Shown here: one piece after another, positions 46,145 to 53,428 of the stretch | Position numbering within the stretch: the stretch's first letter is position 1 | How the letters are laid out: every line of letters begins with the position of its first letter | From: an uncultured Verrucomicrobiales bacterium | Lineage (GTDB): Bacteria; Verrucomicrobiota; Verrucomicrobiia; Limisphaerales; UBA1100 | Direction of reading: 5' to 3' | Assembly (NCBI GenBank): GCA_913048135.1 | Contig: CAJWVY010000002.1 | Span: 1 to 53,428, forward strand | Length of the DNA: 53,428 nt | The notes under the pieces: model-generated | Told to the model about the DNA's origin: nothing | The model's database searches: none | Seen by the model: the letters and a program-made list of their open reading frames with translations, nothing else | Translations under genes and position numbers: made by a program

Positions 46145-47197
46145 ATGGCTAAACCTATCTACCACAGCAGTATTGAAGGCGCCCAACACGGCGGCAAGGG
46201 ACTCGATGGCTTTCTGAAGTTCGCCAAAGAAGCCGGTGCCGCGGGCGCGCAACCGAGCAATTACATGTTGGAGGAGGACGGCTCCGATGGCTCGAAGTTT
46301 CGCAGCGCCTCCGACATTAAAGACGCGTTTGAGAAAAACGGCCTGAAGCTCGACGGCGTAAGCGGGCATTGCGCGTTCTGGGTGCACACCAGCGCCTGGA
46401 CCGGCACCAAGAGTGGCCACGCCTTTATCCACGGCCAAAACCAAAATAAAAGCCCGGAAGAGCTGGAGCAATGGTACGAGGATTACCTACTGCGCCTAAT
46501 GGATCTCTGCGCCGAGTTGGGCATCAAGATTCTGCCGATGTTCTGGGGCGTTTCCCACGGCTGGGAATTGGCCACCGGTTATCCTTGGGGATTCTGGACT
46601 TCCCCGGACGGTGGCGATCTCAACAAGGAAGGCGATGACCGGTTCGTGAGCAAAACCGCCAAGATTCGTGCCCACGCCAAAAGCCTCGGCATTTATCTGG
46701 CCCACGAGATTCACCCCGGCACGGCCGCCATGTGTGCTGAAGAATTCGGCCATCTGGTGGAGATTTGTGATGGCGACGAAACGCTGACCGTCAACGCCGA
46801 TCCATCTCATTGCTGGGAAGGTGAAGATTGGGAAACGCGTTTCACCCACGAAGCAGTGAAGGATCGCGTTTATGCCTGTCACGTGAAGAATTTCGTCGTG
46901 CGCCCGAACGTGCCCCTACGTCGCATGGACGGCAACTGGCGCAACCGCGCCATGCAGTTCACCGACCTTGGCAGCGGCGACCTCAACATGGTGCGTTACG
47001 TTGAAATGCTCATCAACATCGGGTACCCCAACCGGTACAACAAGATCATGGGCACCGAAACCGCCCCGCTCATCGCCGAGACAGAAAGCAACTACCGCGA
47101 CCCAGACGCCACCGCCATTGAGGGCATCCAATACGTCCGCGACCAGCTCTGCTTCCCAGTTTCCGAAGGCTCCTTCGAGGACGAAATGGGCGCGTAA
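46145..47197 (+). CDS. Sugar phosphate isomerase/epimerase (xylose-isomerase-like TIM barrel)
   Basis: The ATG at 46145 (MAKPIYHSS...) is preferred over the TTG at 46136. Family text YLAHEIHPGTAA, NADPSHC. Assignment is by general resemblance. Confidence 0.6.
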   Translation: MAKPIYHSSIEGAQHGGKGLDGFLKFAKEAGAAGAQPSNYMLEEDGSDGSKFRSASDIKDAFEKNGLKLDGVSGHCAFWVHTSAWTGTKSGHAFIHGQNQNKSPEELEQWYEDYLLRLMDLCAELGIKILPMFWGVSHGWELATGYPWGFWTSPDGGDLNKEGDDRFVSKTAKIRAHAKSLGIYLAHEIHPGTAAMCAEEFGHLVEICDGDETLTVNADPSHCWEGEDWETRFTHEAVKDRVYACHVKNFVVRPNVPLRRMDGNWRNRAMQFTDLGSGDLNMVRYVEMLINIGYPNRYNKIMGTETAPLIAETESNYRDPDATAIEGIQYVRDQLCFPVSEGSFEDEMGA

Positions 47198-47218
47198 GAA
47201 ACCCGCCAATGAATTCAG

Positions 47219-47246
47219 CGGCCACGGGCAACCGTGGCCGTTTTTT
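47219..47246 (+). terminator. Intrinsic terminator
   Basis: 9-bp stem CGGCCACGG (47219-47227), loop GCAA, CCGTGGCCG (47232-47240), then TTTTTT. Confidence 0.7.
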
Positions 47247-47247
47247 A

Positions 47248-48027
47248 TTAGAGAACGACCTTTAGTCCATCCCAAGCCAGCCGCACGCCTTCCGGAAGCT
47301 TGGCCTGATCCACATCGTGGTCGTAATAGTGGGTCAGGTGCGTGAAGATCGTTTCCCCCGGATCAATCTGTTCGGCGGCCGCTAACGCCTCGCTCGTGCT
47401 CATGTGGGTCCAATGTTCCTCCGGCCGTAGGGCATCAAGCACAGCGACCTCAACTCCTTTGACTACCTGCACGACATCCTCCGGCACCGATTTGGCATCA
47501 GTGAGATAAGCCATTTTTTTTACCCCGGCCTGTTCGAACAAATAGCCTGTGGATCCCATGCCCCCATGCGGCAAGGCGAGAGGCGTAATCTTCAAATCAC
47601 CGATCTCAAAGATGCCATCTATCACATGTTCTTCCGGCACAAAATAACCGCGCGGATGGTCACCATCATGAAATGCATGCGCATGCACGCGGCGCAGATG
47701 GCTCATGGTCAGCTCGGTGGCATAGATTGGAAGAGGCCGTTTCTGGATGTCACAAAACCGCCGGCAATCGTCCATGCCCATGATGTGATCGGTATGCGCA
47801 TGAGTGACCAACACGGCATCCAATTCACGAATATTTTCCCGCAAACATTGCGTGCGAAAATCCGGCGTAGTGTCCACCACCAGTTTCACTTCATCGGTGA
47901 CAACGTAAATGGACGAACGCGTCCGGTGGTTCTTCGGGTTGGCGAGAAATGAGTCCGGATAATCATGCCCGATGATCGGCACGCCCTGCGAGGTGCCCGT
48001 GCCAAGGAATGTAAACTCAAATACCAT
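47248..48027 (-). CDS. MBL-fold metallo-hydrolase (PhnP/GPMD-like)
   Basis: The ATG at 48027 gives [17 protein letters not shown]. The HxHxDH motif is [13 protein letters not shown]. Confidence 0.8.
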   Translation of the reverse strand: MVFEFTFLGTGTSQGVPIIGHDYPDSFLANPKNHRTRSSIYVVTDEVKLVVDTTPDFRTQCLRENIRELDAVLVTHAHTDHIMGMDDCRRFCDIQKRPLPIYATELTMSHLRRVHAHAFHDGDHPRGYFVPEEHVIDGIFEIGDLKITPLALPHGGMGSTGYLFEQAGVKKMAYLTDAKSVPEDVVQVVKGVEVAVLDALRPEEHWTHMSTSEALAAAEQIDPGETIFTHLTHYYDHDVDQAKLPEGVRLAWDGLKVVL

Positions 48028-48107
48028 GCGGCCCGCAGGCTTGCCCGAAGGCGGCGGTGAACACAATTTTATTTTCCGACGCGCCCATTCGCGCACAATG
48101 CCCGCGC

Positions 48108-49772
48108 ATGCTGGAATCGCTGCGCATTCGGAATCTCGCCCTGGTCACCGATCTCACACTGGAGCTCGGCCCCGGCTACAATGCCATCAGCGGCGAGACG
48201 GGCGCGGGCAAGTCAATCCTCATCGGCGCGCTCAATCTCGTATTGGGCGAACGCGCCGATCGTACGCTTATCCGCGCCGAGGCCGATCAATGCACGGTCG
48301 AGACCACGTTCGATATCGCCCAGCTCGATGCGCCGCTGCCCGCGTTTCTGGAGGAGCACGGTCTGGAGCCTTGCGAGGACAATCAATTGCTCCTCAAACG
48401 CACGTTCACCACCGCCGGCAGCAATCGCCAGTTCGTCAACGGCAGTGCCACCACGCTGGTCATGCTCAAGCAGATCGGCGAATGGCTGGTGGATATGCAC
48501 GGCCCGCACGATCATCAGTCGCTGCTGCACCCCGCGCGCCAGCTCGCCATTCTCGACGCCTTTGGCGGATTGCAACAACCGCGCGCCGCCTTTACCGCCC
48601 TGCTCCAGCGCCGCACCGAGATTAAGCAGGCCAAGGCCGATCTCGTGGTTGATGAAGCCACCTACGCGCAACAGCTCGATCTGCTGCGATTTCAGGTCAA
48701 GGAAATCACCGATGCCGCGCTGGACCCTGCCGAGGAGGAAACGCTTGAGGCCGATTACCAACGCTCGAGCAACGCCGCACGTTTGCTGGAGTTGTGCCAG
48801 GGCGCGTTACATTTGGTCAGTGAAAACGAAGGCTCCCTGCTCGACCGCTCCGGCGATCTCGGCCGGGTGCTGGCCGATCTACAACAGGTCGACAACAGCG
48901 CTGCCGAACTGGTGGAATTGCACGAAGAAGCCCGCGCCAATTTACAGGAACTGCAAAGTGCCCTGACCGGTTATGCCGAGCGCGTGGATATTGATCCCGC
49001 GCAACTCGCCTCGCTGGAGGAACGCGTGAACCTCGCGCAATCGCTCAAGCGCAAGTACGGCGGCAGCATTGAAGCGGTTAATGCCTTCGGTGCAGAAGCC
49101 GCGCAGAAGCTCGCCACGCTCGAGAGCCGAGATGAGGAACTGGCCCGGCTCAACGCCGAGCTCGACGTCCTCGAGTCCAACCTAATGCAGGCCGGCCAAA
49201 AGCTTTCCGCCCAACGGCAGAAACTCATCCCCAAGCTCACCAAGGCCGTCACCGCGCATCTCAATGACCTTGGTTTTGCCCAGAGCCAGCTCGACGTCGC
49301 GCTCAGTTCCACCGAAAATCCCACCGAAGCCAAGACCACCGGACTGGACACGGTAGAGTTTCAGTTCGCGCCCAACCCCGGCGAACCCGCCCGGCCGCTG
49401 CGCGCCATTGCCTCTTCCGGCGAACTTGCCCGCGTGATGTTGGCACTCAAGACCGTGCTGGCCGCCGAGGATTCCATCCCCGTTTTGATTTTCGATGAAG
49501 TTGACGCCAATGTCGGTGGCGAAACCGCCCACGCCGTTGGCGAGCGCATGCGGCAGATCGCCGACCAAAGGCAGGTACTCTGCATCACCCACCTCGCCCC
49601 CGTCGCCGCCGCGGCGCAGACGCATTACGTGGTGAGCAAAGCCGTGATCGATGGACGGACGGAATCGAATATCCAGCAACTGGCCGCCAACGATCGCGTT
49701 GAGGAAATCGCCCGCATGCTCGGCGGCAAAGTCGGGGCCGCGCGCAAGCATGCCGAGGAGTTACTGGGTTAA
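48108..49772 (+). CDS. recN: DNA repair protein RecN
   Basis: The ATG at 48108 gives [13 protein letters not shown]. Walker [11 protein letters not shown]. Long coiled-coil middle. [14 protein letters not shown] signature. [12 protein letters not shown] Walker B. Confidence 0.9.
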   Translation: MLESLRIRNLALVTDLTLELGPGYNAISGETGAGKSILIGALNLVLGERADRTLIRAEADQCTVETTFDIAQLDAPLPAFLEEHGLEPCEDNQLLLKRTFTTAGSNRQFVNGSATTLVMLKQIGEWLVDMHGPHDHQSLLHPARQLAILDAFGGLQQPRAAFTALLQRRTEIKQAKADLVVDEATYAQQLDLLRFQVKEITDAALDPAEEETLEADYQRSSNAARLLELCQGALHLVSENEGSLLDRSGDLGRVLADLQQVDNSAAELVELHEEARANLQELQSALTGYAERVDIDPAQLASLEERVNLAQSLKRKYGGSIEAVNAFGAEAAQKLATLESRDEELARLNAELDVLESNLMQAGQKLSAQRQKLIPKLTKAVTAHLNDLGFAQSQLDVALSSTENPTEAKTTGLDTVEFQFAPNPGEPARPLRAIASSGELARVMLALKTVLAAEDSIPVLIFDEVDANVGGETAHAVGERMRQIADQRQVLCITHLAPVAAAAQTHYVVSKAVIDGRTESNIQQLAANDRVEEIARMLGGKVGAARKHAEELLG

Positions 49773-49793
49773 ATTATCCCAACCCCAAGCGCT

Positions 49794-50012
49794 TCAAATC
49801 TCGCTCTCGTTATCGCCGAAAAACAAATCGTAGGCGCGGTCGTATTCGCCTTCCGGCACGTAAACCTCCACGGGCCGGCTGAACTCGTCCTCGCCCTCCG
49901 GAATCGGTTCGATCATGTGCTCGACCGCCTTGATGCCGTGATTGCCGAGCATCACAGCGAGCAGTTCGGCGTTGTCCACCGGGCAGGTATGAAAGAGTCG
50001 CATGCCGTCCAT
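49794..50012 (-). CDS. Small DUF2007-like protein (putative signal-transducing fold)
   Basis: An internal Met (50012 or 50003) gives a protein of about 70 aa, M(DGM)RLFHTCPVDNAELLAVMLGNHGIKAV...YVPEGEYDRAYDLF, the usual DUF2007 length and pattern. The longer ORF-track start at 50129 would overlap the divergent gene. Confidence 0.45.
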   Translation of the reverse strand: MDGMRLFHTCPVDNAELLAVMLGNHGIKAVEHMIEPIPEGEDEFSRPVEVYVPEGEYDRAYDLFFGDNESEI

Positions 50013-50058
50013 GACAAATTCCTCGACAAAGCATCCGTCAAACGGCCTCATTCGGCCA

Positions 50059-50871
50059 ATGAAATTCGGTATCTGCAACGAGATTTTTGAGGGCTGGTCG
50101 ATGGAGGACACCATGACGTACGCCGCCAAAACCGGCTACGATTGTCTGGAGATCGCGCCTTTCACCATCTCCAACTACGTCACCGACATTTCCGCCGCCG
50201 AACGTCAGCGCGTGAAAGATCTCGCCGCCCAGACCGGCATCGAGATTTCCGGCATCCACTGGGTGCTCGTGAAGGCCGAGGGCATGCACATGACGCACAC
50301 CGACGCGAGTATTCGCGAAAAAACGGCGCGCTATTTCGTGGAACTCGTCGATTGCTGTGCCGATTTTGGCGGCCGTTCCATCATCGTTGGCTCACCGTAT
50401 CAGCGCAACCTGATGGAGGGTGTCAGTTACGAACAAGCTTGGGAATGGGCCACCAACGTATTCAAGGACAGCGTCGCGCACGCCGCCGAACGCGATGTGG
50501 TGATCAATTTCGAACCGCTGGCCCCAAGCGAAACGAACTTTGTGAACACTCACACTGAGGCCATTCAGTTTGTGCAGCAACTCGAGAGCCCCAACTTCAA
50601 GGTGATCCTCGATGTGAAAGCCATGTGCTCCATGGGCAAACCGATCCCTGAGATCATCCGCGAGAGCGCCGGCGAATTCGGCTACTTCCACGCCAACGAC
50701 GAAAACCTTAAGGGCCCCGGTTTCGGCGACGTGGATTTCAAGCCCATCGGCGCCGCGCTCAAAGAAGTCAGCTACGACGGCGTGGTATCCGTGGAAGTCT
50801 TCAAATTCGACGAAGGGCCGGAAGCTATTGCGACGGAGAGCTTGCGTTATCTTCAGGAGACGTTTGCGTAG
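50059..50871 (+). CDS. Sugar phosphate isomerase/epimerase (xylose-isomerase-like TIM barrel)
   Basis: The ATG at 50059 gives MKFGICNEIFEGWS. YDCLEIAPF, INFEPLAPSETNF, GYFHANDEN. Confidence 0.7.
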   Translation: MKFGICNEIFEGWSMEDTMTYAAKTGYDCLEIAPFTISNYVTDISAAERQRVKDLAAQTGIEISGIHWVLVKAEGMHMTHTDASIREKTARYFVELVDCCADFGGRSIIVGSPYQRNLMEGVSYEQAWEWATNVFKDSVAHAAERDVVINFEPLAPSETNFVNTHTEAIQFVQQLESPNFKVILDVKAMCSMGKPIPEIIRESAGEFGYFHANDENLKGPGFGDVDFKPIGAALKEVSYDGVVSVEVFKFDEGPEAIATESLRYLQETFA

Positions 50872-52291
50872 GCACCGCCTGTTCGGTTTTTGGCTTCGGA
50901 GCCGGCTCAGGTGATTCCTTGTCAAACAACCCCAATGCGTTAACCAACACGAGGCTGATAACAACGGGGCAAATGTATTTCACGAAAAACGCCCATATCT
51001 GAGCCGGCGATATTCCCGCGACCATAGGCTGGGTGAACCAAGGACAACCTTCAGAGATTTCCTTCACTGCCGGTTCGGTCTTCCAAATCCAACCCACATA
51101 GATACTCAGCGATAGGGAGATCACAATCAGGCACAGCGTGCCGAATACCTGATCCATAATATCGAGAAACCCTGTCTTGCCCATCAACTCCATGTTACTG
51201 AAAAACTCGCTCCCACCGTTAGCCATGGCTGAAGGGATACCAATGAGGAACGCGAAGATTCCAACCATGATGGCCGCCTTTTTGCGCGCCTTGGGTTTGT
51301 CGTCCACGAAATAAGAAACCGGCACTTCTAGCATGGAGATGGAAGAGGTCACGGCCGCCACCGATAACAGGCAGAAGAAAATTGCGCCAAACACCCAACC
51401 TGCTGTCATTTGCGCAAATACTTTAGGCAACGTTACAAACGTAAGCCCGGGTCCAGCGCCCGGATCCATTCCAAAGGCGAACACCGCCGGGAAAACCATA
51501 AAGCCAGCCAGAATTGCCACTAGCGTATCCGCAGAGGCCACCCATAAGCCATTGGATACGATATTCTGGCTCTTAGGCATATAAGAGCCGTAGGTGATCA
51601 TCAGTCCCCACCCCACGCTCAACGAAAAGAACGCCTGCCCTAAGGCCATCAACACAACCTTTCCATCGATTTTACTGAAGTCCGGGTTGAGATAATAACT
51701 GATGCCTTTGCTGGCTCCCTCCAAAGTAAGACTTCGGCCAATGATCACGAGCATCATCACAAACAACACTGGCATGAGAATCTTAGACCATTTTTCAATA
51801 CCCTTTTCCACGCCGGCGCTCACGATCCAAATGGTCAATGCTATAAACCCGGCAAAGACTGGCAATACCGTCCCTGGTTTCGCAATATACTCGCTGAATA
51901 CAAGAGGTGTCTGCGTGATTTGACTCCACGCAAAACTGATCGTCCACCCAGCGATCACGCCGTAATACGTAAGCACAAAAAAACAAGCCATTAAGCACAA
52001 GATCCCAGTGAACATAAACGGCGTGCCAGGCTTAGTTTTTTGAAATGCCCCCACTGGGTTTCGCCCGCTCGCCCGTCCCAACGCCAGTTCCACATACAGT
52101 AATGGTACACCAATGAGGAAAACACAGACCAGATAGACCAACACAAATGCCGCGCCACCGTTTTCGCCAGTGACGTACGGGAACCGCCAGATGTTACCCA
52201 AGCCCACGGCCGAACCGGCGGCGGCCATGATGAAACCGAGCTTGGAGCCCCATTGCCCGCGGTCGTCGTCTGAAGAAGCTGAAATGCTCAT
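50825..52291 (-). CDS. Sodium-dependent transporter, neurotransmitter:sodium symporter (NSS/SNF) family
   Basis: WGSKLGFIMAAAGSAVGLGNIWRFPYVTGENGGAAF is the NSS signature. About 12 TM segments. The Pro/Glu-rich C-terminal tail overlaps the 3' end of the convergent gene by 47 nt. Confidence 0.9.
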   Translation of the reverse strand: MSISASSDDDRGQWGSKLGFIMAAAGSAVGLGNIWRFPYVTGENGGAAFVLVYLVCVFLIGVPLLYVELALGRASGRNPVGAFQKTKPGTPFMFTGILCLMACFFVLTYYGVIAGWTISFAWSQITQTPLVFSEYIAKPGTVLPVFAGFIALTIWIVSAGVEKGIEKWSKILMPVLFVMMLVIIGRSLTLEGASKGISYYLNPDFSKIDGKVVLMALGQAFFSLSVGWGLMITYGSYMPKSQNIVSNGLWVASADTLVAILAGFMVFPAVFAFGMDPGAGPGLTFVTLPKVFAQMTAGWVFGAIFFCLLSVAAVTSSISMLEVPVSYFVDDKPKARKKAAIMVGIFAFLIGIPSAMANGGSEFFSNMELMGKTGFLDIMDQVFGTLCLIVISLSLSIYVGWIWKTEPAVKEISEGCPWFTQPMVAGISPAQIWAFFVKYICPVVISLVLVNALGLFDKESPEPAPKPKTEQAVPTQTSPEDNASSPSQ

Positions 52292-52353
52292 ACAATCCTC
52301 CGCCCGCAGCGTGGCAGATCATTCCTTCTTGAAAAGGGGAAGTTATTCGAACT

Positions 52354-52941
52354 TCAATTCACCTTCACCCAGCGGCGTTTCTCGGCGGAGTGTTCGACCG
52401 CTTCGAGGACTTGCTGGTTTTTCAGGCCGTCCTCGAAGGTCGGTTGCACGGACCGGCCTTGGGCGACGGCGTTGATGAAGTCGGCGATGGTGTGCACGAA
52501 GGTGTGTTCGTAGCCGATGATGTGCCCGGGTGGCCACCATTGGCCGACGTACGGATGCACGCCATCTTTCTGCGTAACGATAATGTCGGCAAAGCCCTGA
52601 CGATCGGCGGGCGCTGTGTTGTCGAAAAATTGCAGCCGGTTCATGTCCTCGAAGTTAAATTCCAGCGACCCTTTGGAGCCGTTGATCTCAAGATGGATGT
52701 GGTTCTTGCGGCCGGGGGCGTAGCGGGTGGCCTCGAGGTTAGCGAGGGCGCCGTTTTTGAATCGCCCGATGCATTGGGCGGCATCGTCCACGGTCACGCG
52801 CCCCATTTTTTGGGGGTTTTCCGGTAGCGGACGTTGCTTGATGAAGGTGTGCAGTTGTCCGCACACCTCGTCGAATTCCCCGACAAGAAAGCGTGCCAAA
52901 TCAATGATGTGCGCATGGATATCGCCGTGCGCGCCGCTGCC
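52354..52941 (-). pseudogene. Gfo/Idh/MocA oxidoreductase, C-terminal domain only (N-terminal Rossmann domain missing; truncated at a junction)
   Basis: From GSGAHGDIHAHIIDLARFLVGEF onward the minus-strand translation is typical Gfo/Idh/MocA C-terminal domain text, ending at a stop at 52354. Upstream of about 52941 the frame reads only antisense of a different gene (…SRWSRSVCARSSSSPISP), and no Rossmann domain is present. Confidence 0.6.
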
Positions 52942-52945
52942 GGGC

Positions 52946-53428
52946 GAGATGGGGCTCGACGAGGATCTGGCGCAGACGCTTCTCGACCAGCGTGACGCGG
53001 GCAAGGCGCTCGTGCTCATCACCAACAGCGACTGGACGTACACGAACGCGATGCTGTCCTACATCATTGACCGGTCAGAGAGACTCGAGCGCGCGCAGCG
53101 GCGGCCGAAACCAGCGCGCGGCTGACGCGGCCCCGGCGCCGCCCTCTCTTTGTTTCTCCGCGCGCTCGCAGGGATCTGCCCGACGGGATGTCGTGGCGCG
53201 AGCTGTTTGAAGTGACCATCGTGTCATCCCGCAAGCCGGACTTCTTCACGCGAGCTCAGAAGCCCTTGTACGAGCTCGCGGATCCCGACGCGGGGCTGAT
53301 GAGGGAGGCCTTTCGGCTCGAGAGCGGAGGGCTCTATTCGGGCGGGTCCGCGAGGATGGTCGAGAAATTGTTCGGGTGCTCGCGCGATGAGATGCTGTGC
53401 GTTAAGCGTCTACTGCCCCCGATCGCCC
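52946..53428 (+). pseudogene. Fragment of a cN-II-type (HAD superfamily, 5_nucleotid family) 5'-nucleotidase-like gene, lacking its 5' end and interrupted
   Basis: Frame 2 reads ...LDEDLAQTLLDQRDAGKALVLITNSDWTYTNAMLSYIIDR, then a stop at 53125. Frame 1 from 53172 reads DLPDGMSWRELFEVTIVSSRKPDFF...GGLYSGGSARMVEKLFGCSRDEML. Both pieces match the order of cN-II motifs (..FL.TNS.., W..LFD..IV.ARKP.FF, VYSGGS.., ..ILY.GDH). There is a strong GC3 bias unlike the rest of the window. Confidence 0.55.
53074..53171 (+). other. 98-nt intron-like insertion (GT...CTGAC...polypyrimidine...CAG) in the 5'-nucleotidase fragment
   Basis: It starts GTCAGAGAG (53074), has CTGAC at 53121-53125 and a pyrimidine tract CCCTCTCTTTGTTTCTCC at 53142-53159, and ends CGCAG (53171). 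Removing it joins ..SYIIDR to DLPDGMSWRELF in frame. Confidence 0.45.

Noticed and set aside
52942-53043. The N-terminal 34 aa or so of the ORF-track entry 52354-53043 (MYVQSLLVMSTSALPASRWSRSVCARSSSSPISP...), which would make the Gfo/Idh/MocA gene look complete.
   Set aside because: This part is simply the antisense of the 5'-nucleotidase fragment and has no Rossmann-fold text. The real homology starts near GSGAHGD, so the gene is called as a truncated fragment.
53078-53167. Inverted-repeat or MITE-like structure in the 98-nt insertion: GAGAG/CTCTC and GAGCGCGCG/CGCGCGCTC.
   Set aside because: The two complementary pairs are not nested, so they cannot form a simple hairpin, and such GC-rich 5-9-mers can match by chance. 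The GT...CTGAC...polyY...CAG arrangement and exact frame restoration fit an intron better.
1-53428. tRNA, rRNA, riboswitch or other structured RNA genes in intergenic gaps longer than 60 nt (7976-8052, 8485-8623, 10423-10506, 11830-11922, 22082-22139, 36497-36621, 37105-37225, 39811-39953, 41097-41175, 44915-45023, 46053-46144, 52292-52353).
   Set aside because: By eye none of these shows cloverleaf arms or known riboswitch cores. They contain only terminator hairpins or promoter-like boxes. A covariance-model scan (Infernal/Rfam, tRNAscan-SE) would be needed to exclude small RNAs rigorously.

Overview
This is a 53.4-kb GC-rich bacterial chromosomal window. The gene content includes a Bat aerotolerance operon, a PmoA-like/DUF6807 gene paired with a TAT-signal Gfo/Idh/MocA oxidoreductase, xylose-isomerase-like TIM barrels, LpxI and a divergent FtsZ. 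Together these suggest the PVC superphylum, most likely Verrucomicrobiota; this is inference only, with no search run.

Layout:
- 1-5484: batA-to-batE-like operon.
- 5.5-8.5 kb: PmoA-like gene, oxidoreductase and a small conserved hypothetical.
- 8.6-10.4 kb: visibly AT-richer segment with two orphan membrane-anchored helical proteins.
- 10.5-14.3 kb: lpxI, a hypothetical, gnd and a HAD hydrolase.
- 14.3-17.9 kb (minus strand): three tandem CNNM/CorC paralogs directly downstream of ftsZ.
- 17.9-37.1 kb (minus strand): a complete dcw cluster, mraZ-rsmH-ftsL-ftsI-murE-murF-mraY-murD-[LysM protein]-ftsW-murG-murC::murB-ddl-ftsQ-ftsA-ftsZ.
- 37.2-52.3 kb: queA, a RibD-C-like reductase, murI, citrate synthase, sucCD, a YggT-like protein, tatD, an HExxH protein, TIM-barrel isomerases, an MBL hydrolase, recN and an NSS transporter.

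I found no tRNA, rRNA, CRISPR array, transposase, integrase or recognisable defence genes.

Observations most worth a second look:
1. FtsZ sits in the orthologous position and keeps its C-terminal peptide, but its GTP-contact motifs are eroded.
2. A 922-aa BatB+BatC fusion carries an inserted zinc ribbon and a transglutaminase-like core.
3. The low-GC pair of orphan proteins.
4. A LysM/proline-rich membrane protein is inserted between murD and ftsW, and murC is fused to murB.
5. There is an abrupt junction near 52.94 kb. After it the sequence becomes much more GC3-biased and encodes a cN-II-type 5'-nucleotidase fragment interrupted by a 98-nt segment with eukaryote-type intron signals. This is probably an assembly chimera or foreign DNA.
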